Assembly: GCA_951406725.2 (NCBI GenBank)
Contig: OX597835.1
Coordinates: forward strand, 46,810,001 to 46,874,000
DNA: 64,000 bases
Direction of reading: 5' to 3'
Source of the DNA: Octopus vulgaris
Lineage: Eukaryota
The stretch's first letter is position 1. Every line of letters begins with the position of its first letter. The notes below the pieces were generated by a model, which had not been told where the DNA came from, did not search any database, and saw only the letters and a list, made by a program, of their open reading frames with translations. Shown here piece after piece: positions 29,026-42,463 of this stretch. Made by a program: the position numbers and the translations under genes.

Positions 29026-29205
29026 TCCTCCTTCTTTCTTTCCTTTCCTGAGCATCCAATAATACTATACTTGTTCCACATCCTCGCGTTGTTGTGTTTT
29101 CTCTTTGTTCATGTTTGGATTAACTATACACACACACACACACACACACGCGTGTATATGTACATGTAGAGGTAGGTACGTACATATATGTTTATATATA
29201 TGCAT

Positions 29206-29268
<63 letters not shown>

Positions 29269-29588
29269 GAGAAGCCTAGAGATATATACTAGTACCTCAT
29301 GTTCATCTACCTATTATCTCAATCCACTTGAGTAATAAAGGCAGAATGAAGTATTTTTATCTATGGGCTGAAACAGGTGTAAGTTATTTTCCCAATTTAT
29401 ATTCATGTTTTTTATAATTACTGGTATCCTTATATATTACTATATTTTATATCTTATATCTTATATGCAAAGAATAATATGCTATATGTATGTATATTAT
29501 TATAATTATCAGTTTAATAAATAAAGTAAAAATTTTAATGTCCAAAAGTTGATGAACCACCTATTGTTCTCCTCCATTTTCTTACTTG

Positions 29589-29652
<64 letters not shown>

Positions 29653-29724
29653 GCATATATACATACTATATATGTATATATACTTACATCTATATATATA
29701 TATATATATATATATGCATATGTG

Positions 29725-30155
29725 AGCACAAGACGTTACGAAACGTGTACAACAAAAAATACGAAGTACAACAAAAAATAGGAAGTACATGGAACATGAA
29801 CTATTCTTTTAAACAACGAAAGACACAAATGGAAAACAAAACAAACAACATAAAGAACGACCCTTCATCAATTGTTGGCTGTTTTTTCTAGTCTTGTATT
29901 TCGAGCATTTAACAACAATAAACGCTTTCGATGAAACAGTTGCTCCCGCAAAGCAAATTAAATAAAATTTGGGATTTAGCGGACGGTCAAAATTGGTAAC
30001 ACAAACAGGACAGTGAAAACAAACAGGAAGGGCTGCTAAGCCTAAGCGCGGCTGTGGTGGGGAATATGTAAATCGAGCTAGGACAGAAGACAAACAAGAA
30101 CATGTCTCCCTTGTTTCAGCTACAACGGGGAGAAAGAAACACCAGTCAGGAGAAG
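29725..30155 (-). mobile_element. unclassified interspersed repeat between (TA)n tracts
   Basis: Inverted homolog at about 42500-42800 (GGGAGCAACTGT..GAAGGGTCGTTCTTT). Confidence 0.6.
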
Positions 30156-30211
30156 TATATATATATATATATATATACTTACATATAAGAGAACAAAGTG
30201 TACGTACGCCG

Positions 30212-30255
<44 letters not shown>

Positions 30256-30257
30256 AA

Positions 30258-30469
30258 ATACAAAAGGGGACAACGCAAAACATCCAGATAGACGATACAA
30301 AAATACAAGGACGGGTCATTCAAAGCCTTTTATCTTCAGTCAAGAACCGGATCATCCAGCCGAAATTGCGAGGATGATCCGGTTCTTGACTGAAGATAAA
30401 AGGCTTCGAATGACCCGTCCTTGTATTTTTGTATCGTCTATCTGGATGTTTTGTTGTCCCCTTTTGTAT
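30258..30469. repeat. about 100-bp-arm palindrome (14-nt spacer) formed by an interspersed repeat
   Basis: Arms 30258-30357 / 30372-30469 differ by one mismatch and a 2-nt indel; a family member lies at 49140-49500. Confidence 0.92.
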
Positions 30470-30567
30470 CACTTAGTTGTCCGGATGTTTTTGTCCCATT
30501 TTGTATTTTATTTTATATGTGTGTGTGTGTGTTTAATTGTTTAATGTTGAGGATGTTTTAGTTCAGT

Positions 30568-30983
30568 ACTCTTTTACTCTTTTACTTGTTTCAGTCATTT
30601 GACTGCGGCCATGCTGGAGCACCACCTTTATAGTCGGACAAATCGAGCCCAGGGCTTATTCTTTGTAAACCTGGTACTTATTCTATCGGTCACTTTTGCC
30701 GAATCGCTAAGTTACGTTGACGTAAACACATCAGCATCGATTGTCAAGCGATGTTGGGGTGGGGTGGGGGACAACACACACACACACACACATATGTATG
30801 TATATATATATATACATATGTACGACAGGCTTCTTTAAGTTTCCGTCTACCAAATCCACTCACAAGGCTTTGGTCGACCCGAGGCTATAGTAGAAGACAC
30901 TTGCCCTACGTGCTACGCGGTGGGACTGAACCCGGGACCATGTGGTTGGTAAGCAAGCTACTTACCACACAGCCACTCCTGCA
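30568..30983 (-). mobile_element. SINE-B
   Basis: Full-length reverse-complement copy. Confidence 0.9.
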
Positions 30984-31324
30984 CTATGGATTTGGTGGTG
31001 TTCTTTTCATTTATTTTAGTTCTTTGTTCTTTTTTTTTTCTAAGCCTGGGAATGGTAAGTAGGGCGTGCAATATTTTAGGGGGTGCAAGTGCAACCGCTG
31101 TACCCCCTGTTCCCGGGCCCATGGCAGCAGCTCGCTTCTGATCACAATATATATATATAAATTCAAGCGACACACAGACGCTGATTTTGCAACAAGTAAA
31201 ACACTAGTTCTAAAATCTGTCTAAGAGATAGACGCAATTGTTGTACATGCAAGTGATGTTCGTAGCCACTCCAGCATGGCCGTTTCGTTCGAGCGGAATT
31301 TACTGTGAGATTTTCAGCCCCAAG

Positions 31325-31850
31325 ATGAGTGGCTGCGTGGCAGGAATTTTCCTTCGCAGCCACATGGTTCTGGGTTCTATCCAACCGCGTGGCACCTTGA
31401 TAGAAGTGTCTTCTACCATTGCATTGTGCCCACCAAAGCCATGTGAGCGAATTTGCGAGACGGAAACTTAATGAAGCCCATCCTACATATGTATATATAT
31501 GTGTATGTCCGTGTACGTATATGTGCGTGTAATGCTTATGTGCGTGTGCGTGTGTATGTGAGTGTGTGCGTGTGCGTACGTATGCGTGTAATGCTTATAT
31601 GTGTGTATGTATGTGTGTGTGTGCGTGCGTGCGTGCGTGTATTTATCCCCCACCACCACTTGAAACCGGTGTTGGGGTGTTTATGCCCCGTAATTTATCG
31701 TTTCGGCAGAAAGAAGCCGACAGAATAATTACCGGGCCTTAAAAAAATAAATTAGGTAACGAGGTCAATTCATTCGACAAAGAAATCTTTTAGGGAGGTG
31801 CCCCAGTATGGCCGCAGTCTAATAACTGAAACAAATAAGAGGTAAAAGAT
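31325..31850 (+). mobile_element. SINE-B, old copy with expanded internal microsatellite
   Basis: Head and tail recognisable. Confidence 0.8.
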
Positions 31851-31856
31851 ATGCAT

Positions 31857-31923
<67 letters not shown>

Positions 31924-32119
31924 AAGAGAGAGAGAGAGAAAAGGAGAGAGAGAGAGGAAGAGAAGGTGACCTCTTCTAAAAGTGCATCAGCGCTCATCGC
32001 TCTGTTTTTTTTTTTTTTATTGCTGTATCGTTGGATGAGGTGAAGTTTGGTAATGTCAGAAAAAAAACACTTCAACTGCTTTAAGTGTAACAGATGTTTA
32101 AGTGTGAAAGTGTGTATCT

Positions 32120-32735
<616 letters not shown>

Positions 32736-33119
32736 ACTTTAGATTAGATCGACCCCGAAGATAGATAGATAGAAGACAGATAGATCATACACACACGACA
32801 GACATACACACATATGTATGTATAAGTGTGTCTGTAATATATGTATGTGTCTGTGTGTATGTGCATATATGTATGTATATATTTCTTTACTGCCCACAAG
32901 GGGCTAAACACAGAGCGGACAAACAAGGACAGACAAAGAGATTGTCGATTACATGTGACCCCAGTGCGAAACTGGTACTTTATTTATCGACCCCGAAAGG
33001 ATGAAGACAAAGTCGACCTCGCATATATGTATGTATAAGTGTGTCTGTATATCTATGTGCAGATGTTTGTGTTTGCGTGTGTTATATGTTATGATGCTCA
33101 TATGTAGCACATACAGAGC

Positions 33120-33190
<71 letters not shown>

Positions 33191-33457
33191 TTCAGTGTCT
33201 TGTGAACTTCATATATGAATGAATTTGAAGATATGCTTTTGTTTATGTCTGTATATATGTAGATGACTGTGTGCCAGCCTGCGCGTGCGAGTATGTGCGT
33301 GTGTGCACGTGTGTGTGAGTGCTCAAAGCACAAAACAGAGCGTCTATTTTCTATTTCAAAGCTGAAGCTTCTAGAATTGTTAGTCTCTGTTTGGTTTCAT
33401 CAGTTCTTGGAACGATTGGAATATTGAAGCATATCACATTGAGAATAGTACACCAGC

Positions 33458-33850
33458 TGGCGTGGCTGTATGGTAAGAAGATTGCTTCCCAGCCACATGG
33501 TTCCGGGTTCAGTCCCACTGCGTAGAACCTTGGGTAAGTGTATTCTACTATAGCCTTGGGCCGACCGAATCCTTGTGAGTGAATTTGGCAGACAGAAACT
33601 GAAAGAACCACGTCGTATATATATATATGTGTGTGTCTTTCTGTCTGTTTGTCCCCCCAACACCGCTTGACAACTAGTGCTGGTGTGCTTACATCCCGGT
33701 AACCGAGCGGTTCGGCCAAACAGACCGATAGAAATAATCTCAGACTTTATAAAACTAATTCCTGATACGTTCGACAAAAGTTTCTAGGCAGTGCCCCAGC
33801 ATGGCCGCAGTCATGACTGAAACAAGCAAAAGATAAAAGATAAAAGATAA
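33458..33850 (+). mobile_element. SINE-B
   Basis: Head, CORE-like segment and tail. Confidence 0.88.
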
Positions 33851-34077
33851 ACGGAAAATATTCAAAAACGCATCGAAATACCAGGCCAGATGTACCGCTT
33901 CTTCGCCCGGTTGCTGAGAAAATGTCACAAAATACGTCACGCAATAATCTGCTCGTTAATATGCACAGAAATTTAATATTTCCTCTCCTCACGAGCGAAA
34001 ACATGTGATTGTTTTCATGTCTTCAGTTTTATCTGACAGAAAGAGGCCGAGAAATGTACATTACTTTCTTATGCAAG

Positions 34078-34852
34078 GGTGGTGAGCTGGCAGAATCGTT
34101 AGCACGCCGGGCAAAATGCCTAGCGGTATTTCGTCTGCCGCTACGTTCTGAGTTCAAATTCCACCGAGGTCGACTTTGCTTTTCATCCTTTCGGGGTCGA
34201 TAAATTAAGTACCAGTTACACACTGGGGTCGATCTAATCGACTTAATCCGTTTGTCTGTCCTTGTTTGTCCTCCCTGTGTTTAGCCCCTTGTGGGTAATA
34301 AAGAAATAGGTATTTCGTCTGCTGTTACGTTCTGAGTTCAAATTCCGCCAAGGTCAACTTTGCCTTTCATCCTTTCGGGGTCGATAAATTAAGTACCAGT
34401 TACGTACTGGCGTCGATATAATCGACTTAATCCGTTTGTCTGTCCTTGTTTGTCCCTTCTGTGTTTAGCCCCTTGTGTGTAGTAAAGGAATAGGTATTTC
34501 GTCTGCCACTACGTTCTGAGTTCAAATTCCGCCGAGGTCAACTTTGCCTTTCATCCTTTCGGGGTCGATAAATTAAGTACCAGTTACGCACTGGGGTCGA
34601 TACAATCTACTTAATCCGTTTCTCTGTCCTTGTTTGTTCCCTCTGTGTTTAGCCCCTTGTGGGTAGTAAAGAAATAGGTATTTCGTCTGCTGTTAAGTTC
34701 GGAGTTCAAATTCCACCGAGGTCGACTTTGGCCTTCATCCTTTCGGGGTCGATTAAAGAAGCACCATTTGCGCACTGGGGTCGATGTAATCGACTTAATC
34801 CCTTTGTCCTTGTTTGTCCTCTCTGTGTTTAACCCCATGTAGGCAATAAATA
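34078..34852 (+). mobile_element. SINE-A tetramer (one head, four units of about 184 bp)
   Basis: GGTATTTCGTCTG recurs at about 34125, 34309, 34493 and 34677. Confidence 0.93.
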
Positions 34853-35899
34853 ATTACTTTCTTATCCAAATATATCCGGCGATTAAAAGATAACAATTAT
34901 TAGATCGATTAGTCCATTATATAACGTCCTACCTGTATTAATTGACCCTGAAGGTGTAATCTGTCTTTCGGAGAAGTACAGCAAATATAATATGTAATTA
35001 CAGATTTTTTACAATTGTAAACAAAAGATCGCAATTGCTGAGTTCTTGCCGACATTTCCATCAATATATAGAGAGGAATTTTCAGTTACAAAAATATTTG
35101 TCTTCATATTGAATAGATTGCTCATATCCTGAAAGATGGTTATATAAATAAGACATTTATGTATTCAATGAAACGATTGATGTGTGACAGCTTTTCTAAT
35201 CGATTAAAATAACAAGTATTATGCGCATTGCAACGATAGATCTATGTCTAACACTTATTTTGGCACTTTTTTGCGGTCACTCGACCTTTTGGAAATAATA
35301 ACCAAAATCACTTTCAGATCAAATCCCACTGTCTTACAAAAAAAAAAAAGCATAGTCCTAGATTACTATTCAAAGTCGGGTGGATCAAAGGTCTGCTTGG
35401 TCAGTGTTGACCTTGGGTTATACAACAGCAACAAGACAGGGAACCAGAGAAACTTGATAAAGTGCTTCTAGATGTAGTACACTTGAAATAAGAATGGTTT
35501 TGATCATCGGTATACCCGTTCAGTAGTGAGCTGGGGCTAAAACAACACAATCAAACAATAAGCAAACCCTTAAAAACGTAACTTAATGTAATAGTAAATA
35601 CAAGTGGAAAAAATATACAACAAGTCGGTCACGGATGGAATGTGGTACTCTGAAGCTGCACATCTGTCAACAAAGGATCCTCAATGTTGTTATTCGCACA
35701 AATCCCTTCCCCCTAAGTCCGTTAACTTATTGAAAATTCTGTCCCTAACAACCAGATTCATAATTCTCTGTACTCTCCTCACGCGGTTATTCGAGAGGAA
35801 TGTGAATCGTTTCAATCTCGCCCTCTCAAAGGACCCGCTATGGACATGGACCCCTTCCAATGGATCAAACGAAATAACAACAACAACAACAGCAACAGC

Positions 35900-36119
35900 A
35901 ATAATCCTTTATACTGCAGGCACAAGGCCTGAAATATTCGGGGAGGGGACTAATCGATTACATCAACCCCAGTGTTTTACTGGTACTTAATTTATCGACC
36001 TCGAAAGGATGAACGACAAAGTCGACCGCGGCGGAATTTGAACTCAGAACGTAAAGACTGCGAAATGCCGCTAAGCATTTCGCCCTGCGTGCCAACGATT
36101 CTGCCTGCTCGCCGCTCTC

Positions 36120-36160
<41 letters not shown>

Positions 36161-36175
36161 GAAGAATAATAATAA

Positions 36176-36206
<31 letters not shown>

Positions 36207-36410
36207 AAGAAGAAGAAGAAGAAGAAGAAGAAGAAGAAGAAGAAGAAGAAGAAGAAGAAGAAGAAGAAGAATCCTTTCTACTATAGGCAGAAGGCCTGAA
36301 AGTTTGGTTGAGTAGGTAGTCCCCAGTACTTGATTGCTACTTTGTTTATCGACCCTGAAAGGATGAAAGGTAATGTTGTCCTCGGCAGAATTTGAAATCG
36401 GAACGTTATG
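35900..36410 (-). mobile_element. two SINE-A copies separated by (AAT)n(AGA)n
   Basis: 35900-36115 is a full monomer with the alternative tail; 36270-36410 is diverged. Confidence 0.85.
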
Positions 36411-36481
36411 AGCTAATTTTAACAACCAACACGATAATGTTGACAATAACCAACCACGTTTCTGGTCGTTTGGCAGCAACA

Positions 36482-36563
<82 letters not shown>

Positions 36564-37129
36564 GTTGGTGGTGTCAACCAAAATCCTGTCCTGTCATCTT
36601 GCGTGTTGTTGAAAAAACAATTACCTCAGGCCATAACAGGTTTGTCTAACATGCCAGTCAAATGAAGACGCTAGACATCACATGTCCAAAGGAACGGTAA
36701 ATTATAGCTGAATCTTTAAATCTGTAATTGGTTTTTAAGTATTGCACTGCGGCCATGCTGGGGCTCTGCTCTTCGAGGAGCAGATTTAGTCGGTCAAATT
36801 AAACAACCACTCCCCCCCCCCACTACCACTAATACTCCTTTCAATCTGGCACTTATTTTATTGGTAGCAATTTGGTAAACCACTATGTTTACACTTTTTG
36901 ACGCAATACCACATTTTACATGGTAGATATATAAAGACACAGACATATGTATATGTGTGTTTTAAGTGTTTTAAAGTCTTCGTGGCCGAATGGTCATGAG
37001 GTTCATTTTACAATCACGCGATCCCAAGTTCTATCCCACAGTGGGGCATCTTCGATACGTGTCTTTTATTATACCAAACCTTATGAATGGAATTGTGTAA
37101 AGAGAGACTGTTGATTTAAACAGATTTGA

Positions 37130-37557
37130 CTCTTTACTCTTTTACTCTTTTACTTGTTTCAGTCATTTGACTGCGGCCATGCTGGAGCACCGCCTTTAGT
37201 CGAGCAAATCGACCCCGGAACTTATTCTTTGTAAGCCCAGTACTTATTCTATCGGTCTCTTTTGCCGAACCGCTAAGTGACGGGGACGTAAGCACACCAG
37301 CATCGGTTGTCAAGCAATGCTAGAGGAACAAACACAGACACACAAACACACACGCACACACACATATACATATATATATATATATATATACACGACAGGC
37401 TTCTTTCAGTTTCCGTCTACCAAATCCACTCACAAGGCATTGGTCGGCCCGGGGCTATAGCAGAAGACATTTGCCCAAGATGCCACGCAGTGGGACTGAA
37501 CCCAGAACCATGTGGCTGGTTAGCAAGCTACTTACCACACAGCCACTCCTGCGCCTA
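37130..37557 (-). mobile_element. SINE-B, young copy
   Basis: Near-identical reverse complement of 26203-26610. Confidence 0.93.
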
Positions 37558-37936
37558 TATTTAGCTTGACACACGAAATCCGACATTCTAGCTTTGGTAA
37601 ATTACGATCACACTTAACACTTCCTTTTCGTGTAAACTATTTATTGCGAGGGTGCCACCCGCCATAGGACGGGTAACTTCGTAAGTGTACTTGTGCTACC
37701 CATGATAATAACAGGAAATATGTCAAACATACAAATAGTATAATTCAACTTTTATCAAATTTCTTAGTCATTAAGCCAAAATGCTGAAATGGAAACTAAT
37801 TTTCGAAAGAAAAAGCAGTTTTTAATTTTGAGTAAAACTAAATAAACCAATATTCTAAAGAGAAAGAAAAATATTAATTGTAAATCAAATTATCTCCCTT
37901 TTGAATATATATATCATGGAACTTCCACACCCTGTC

Positions 37937-37993
<57 letters not shown>

Positions 37994-38007
37994 GTATGTA
38001 TGTATAT

Positions 38008-38413
38008 CAGTTGAATAAAGTTAAAACATGATCTGGTCTTCACGTTTTTTATTATGGCATTTAAAAAAAATAATTTTTTTTTACAATGTTGAAGTGTGTT
38101 AAACATTAAAAAATTATTTTGTAATGTTCATAAAGTTCAATTAGCACTTTCGTACGTTTGTAGTAATCGTCAGATTTCAAAATGTATTTAACTGACAGTT
38201 GAGTTCTTGGCAACTGTAGTAAAATGACTGACTACCTCCTTTTTATACCTCTTGGAAGGCTCCAACAAGCTGAATTTTTGGAATACGGTTTTGACCAATC
38301 CGCATGCTCATGCAATGTTTAACACACTTCATAATTGTAAAAGAATAATTAGTTTTTTTTAAATATCAATAAAAAACGTGAAAACCAGATCATGTTTTAA
38401 CTTTATTCAACTG
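38008..38413. mobile_element. MITE with about 100-bp TIRs (CAGTTG..CAACTG)
   Basis: 38008-38106 is inverted at 38314-38413; TSD unclear. Confidence 0.8.
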
Positions 38414-38468
38414 ATTTATTATTCAATACACATTTACACAAATTCATACATACATACATATATACATA

Positions 38469-38504
<36 letters not shown>

Positions 38505-38524
38505 TGTATGTATGTATATGTATA

Positions 38525-38575
<51 letters not shown>

Positions 38576-39594
38576 ATATATCTTGAGTATGGTAAATGAG
38601 TTCAGTAAAAATTTTGATTCAGATGAATATGGTACTTAAGTTAAGTTGAGGCACCAAAATTTAGTAAGGTATTATCCATACAATCTCGAAGGTGATTAAA
38701 ATCAAAATAAGCAACAAGGATATCCAGAGGTAATGCTGTGCACTCGTTTCATACAACTCCATTTAATTGAACAATGCAATTATTACATCAATTTAAAATG
38801 CAGAGCAATCTTCAGCTGCACAAACATATAGAATTTAATTAAATTAGAACAGATGGACACATTAGTTTAATTATACCTAAAATCTCCAAGAAGTTAGACA
38901 AAGAACATGCTGTCTCACTCCAGTTTAGAAGTTACTGAATTTTCAAGAAGATATACACTGTTACAGACTCTGCCTGTCACTGATTTTTGTTTTTATGAGG
39001 TCAGTTTTAATTTATAGACTAGTTTATCAAATCTCCTGTATATCTAAGGCTGAGAGAACAGAAGGCAGTCTCTGTAAGGGTAGGGCTGGGGGAGCAGACA
39101 GATATCATAGTTGGTATAGTCATAAAAATCAAGATTTATTAGAAGAAATGTAATGAGGTTTGGTAAAGGAAAACTTAAAACAAGATGTTAGCTGATAATC
39201 AGGGGGTTACCCACTAGCAGACCATTGATAATGAAACGGGGGGGGGGGAGTCTTATCATGTAGTATAGTTAAATATTTTACACAATGTTGCTATATTGTA
39301 TATAGTTACAGTTTAGGGTTATTCAAAAGATTATTAAGAAGAATATTATAACAAAAGGATAGAAATTTATGAATACTTTTGAGTATATACCAAACTTTTA
39401 CCACAACAAAAGGAGGAAAATAAATTATCCAGAAATAGTTTAATATTTATACATATTGTACACTTAAATACAAACTCATCAGATGGTTTCTGTGAATATT
39501 GATTAATTGGTATATACTGGATTTAATAAAGAAGTATTGAGGTAAAGGAACATGCTAATTATATATTAATAAAATTATAATCTAAGCAGTATTT

Positions 39595-39820
39595 CATTTT
39601 CGGATTTGGTTTGCAAGATTCTTTATATGAGTTCGTGTGTTGAAGCATATTCGGTTGTGTCTGGGGAAAGTCATTTTCTTTTTGTGCCTTATAATGTAAC
39701 ACACTCACCGGTAAAATTTCCACTTATTTCTTATTTTTATTTTCCTAAAATTTTCATTGCATCTTGCAACCTTTTCAATAGTCAGCACAAAATGAAAATG
39801 ACTCTCCTCAGACACAATAG
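39595..39820 (-). mobile_element. short HHR-bearing insert with terminal inversion and TSD of about 16 bp
   Basis: Flanks AATCTAAGCA(G/A)TATTT; 39786-39823 is the inverse of about 39649-39686; paralog at 47200-47390. Confidence 0.8.
39745..39781 (-). ncRNA. minimal hammerhead motif, U3-A8 variant
   Basis: CTA-TTGAAAA-G-GTTGC(aagat)GCAAT-GAAA-AT-TT^TAG. Confidence 0.55.
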
Positions 39821-41752
39821 AATCTAAGCAATATTTTTTTATAAGTAGTGAATATACCAGTATAATTTTATATAAGCTAAGTATGAATTTATAGAGATAC
39901 AAAAATTAGGTTAATTTTATAAATAAATAATAAAGAAATAAAATAAAACAATCAAGTAGGGCAGAACACCATAGAAAAGGAAATAAAATGGCTTAATTAC
40001 TAACACTATGGTAAATTATTAACACCAATAGAGAAGATTTTTAGAAAAAGTATAATAATTCAAAATATATTAGACTAAAAATTATTTATTTACTTATTTA
40101 GCTAATATCAATAAAAGACTGATGTCTGGTATCAGCTAAATGAATATTTAAGTCATGGACCAATCATATTTTACACTAATCTGTTTGTTTTAAAATTAAA
40201 GGTTATATTATAGGTTTTAAGAAGTTATTATTGTTACTCACTACATGATATTTGTAGTTTCTTAGTGGTACTTGTTTAGAAGGGTTATTTATCGAAAGGC
40301 CCTTATAAATACTAAGATCAGGAGCGTAGAGCCATTTAAGAAGGAGTAATTTCTAAAGATCATTTCAAACAATATTGTCTTATTGTATAAAGTTAAAATT
40401 TAGGGTAATCAAGAAGATTATTAAGAATGAAATTTTAACAAAAGGATACCATTTCTTTGAATATTTTGAGTATATACCAATTTTTTATCACAATAGAGGG
40501 AGGAAAAGAAAATTGCAAAAAAATAGTTTAATATTTGTTTACTTATTACTTATCTAAATATTAACTTATTTTATGGTTTCTATGGAGATTGATCAATTGG
40601 ATTTAACTGGTATTAAATACGGGAGCAACTGAGGTTAAAGAACATGTCAACTATATACTGATTTAATTAAATTGAACTATTTTAAGTTGTACAGATACCG
40701 GTATTACCTTATATAAGCTGAGTACGAATTAATAGGGGTACAAAGGATTAGATTTATTTAAGGCTACTATAAAATAACAATAATAACAATAACAATAATA
40801 AAATGATCAATTAGGGTAGAGCATCATGGAAAAGGAATAAAAACAGCCTAATCACTAAAAACCATAATAAAATATCCATACCTCATTAACTTCAATAGCA
40901 AGTATTTATAGAAAATGTATAATAATTTAAGTATTATGAGCTAAAAATTGTTAATTAACATTTTTAGCATATTATAATCAGGGCTGATACCTGGTATTGG
41001 TTAAAAGAATAATTGTTGTTAAAAGGACATCCTAATCATATACTAATATCAAATTAAGAGGTATAATATAGATTTCAAAAGTTACTTGTGTTAATCCATA
41101 AATGATATTACAGTTTCTTAGGGGTACTTAATTAGAAGGGCTGTTTGTATAAAACCAAAATTAAGAGGACAGAACACTTTAAGAAAGGGATAAAAAACTT
41201 AGTTACTAAAAAACTTAGTTACTAAAACTATTTTAAACAACATGTTATTATTGTATAAAGCTAAAATTTACAGTTATCAGGAAGATTTATCATTGAGGTG
41301 AGAGAACAAATTTACTATAAATTAGTTAAATTATAATTTAGGGAGTCTAATCTTAAGTTGTGAAGATACCCATATTGTTTTTTATAAGTTAAGTACGAAT
41401 TTATAGGGGTACAAAAATTTAGGTTTGTCTAAAGGCAATTATAAAGTATTAAAATGATCAGGTAGAGTAGAACATCATAAAAAAAGGATATGAAATAGCT
41501 TAATCCCTAAAAATCATGATGAAGTATATATACAACTTAGTAACTTCAACAGAGAAGATTTATAGAAAATATGTAATAATTCAAGTATTTAAAATTAAAA
41601 ATTGTTTATTTACTTAATTAGCTTGTGTCTATAATGACTGATACCCAGTATTAACTAAAGGAAAAATTAATGCTGGTGGGGCATGCTACCTATGCATTGA
41701 TTTTAAACTAAGAGGTACATTATAGGTTTTAAAACCCAAGATCAATAAAGTG

Positions 41753-42120
41753 CTACTTTCTAAAATATTTGAAGGTACGGGTGGCACTATGTACACATGA
41801 TACCCTAAGGTATAATCGATTATTAATCAGGTTGCTATTATCTTTATGCTTAAAAATTTCATATGTTTCCATAGAGCAAAGTTCACACCTACATCTGCCA
41901 TTTCTATAAGGCTGAGCTTTTCTTATCATTTCCCATTTGAGGCTAAACCCAATTCCACTTTCTTTCGATTCCCAAATCTTACTGGATAATGACATGCAAT
42001 TCAAAGGATGACACGTGATTGTATATATGCTGTTTCAAATTAATCGAACAACCGAAGTAAATATAATTATTAGTTGTAGTTATTATTGTGCATTTATATA
42101 CTACGTTCTGGGTAAGACAT
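41753..42120 (-). pseudogene. Penelope-type GIY-YIG endonuclease C-terminus
   Basis: CLTQNVVYKC..YFG..NLKQHIYNH.SSF, frameshift, LSSKIW..KWEMIRKAQPY..CELC..E..LIN..SCVH. Confidence 0.88.
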
Positions 42121-42124
42121 CAGC

Positions 42125-42423
42125 TTAATAACGGAGGTTGTGAGTTCGAATCCCGGACCAGGCTGCATGTTGTGTTCTTGAGCAAGACACTTTATTTCAC
42201 GTTGCTCCAGTTCACTCAGCTGTAGAAATGAGTTGCGACGTCACAGGTGCCAAGCTGTATCGGCCCCTTCGCCCCTTTCCCTTGGATAACACTGGTGGAG
42301 AGGGGAGGCCGGTACGCATGGGCGACTGCTGGTCTTCCATAAACAACCTTGCCCAGACTTGTGCCTGGGAGGGTAACTTCCTAGGTGCAATTCCATGGTC
42401 AGTCATGACCGAAGGGGGTCTCA
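42125..42423 (+). mobile_element. CORE-like SINE, 5'-truncated, with a distinct tail
   Basis: GAGTTCGAATCCC B-box, then TTCTTGAGCAAGACACTTTATTTC..CACTCAGCTG shared with 13345-13405; 3' half differs. Confidence 0.8.
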
Positions 42424-42424
42424 G

Positions 42425-42463
<39 letters not shown>

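Larger units (their letters stand above)
39293..41740. repeat. diverged tandem repeat of about 850-870 bp, about 2.5 copies
   Basis: TATTGTATA.AG.TA.A..TTA at about 39293, 40381 and 41249, with colinear downstream blocks. Confidence 0.8.
38582..42120 (-). mobile_element. Penelope-like retroelement 3' portion (GIY-YIG end, long AT-rich 3' region, degenerate HHR, ends in (TA)n)
   Basis: GIY-YIG fragment at 41753-42120; minus-strand GTGCAG-CTGAAGA..GAAACGAG at about 38735-38820; continuity between the two is inferred. Confidence 0.6.

Noticed and set aside
34078-34852. CRISPR-like periodic array
   Set aside because: Whole units repeat with no unique spacers; it is a SINE multimer in eukaryotic DNA
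39293-41740. NUMT or bacterial insert, suggested by very high AT content
   Set aside because: No mitochondrial or bacterial gene motifs recognised; explained by a diverged tandem repeat
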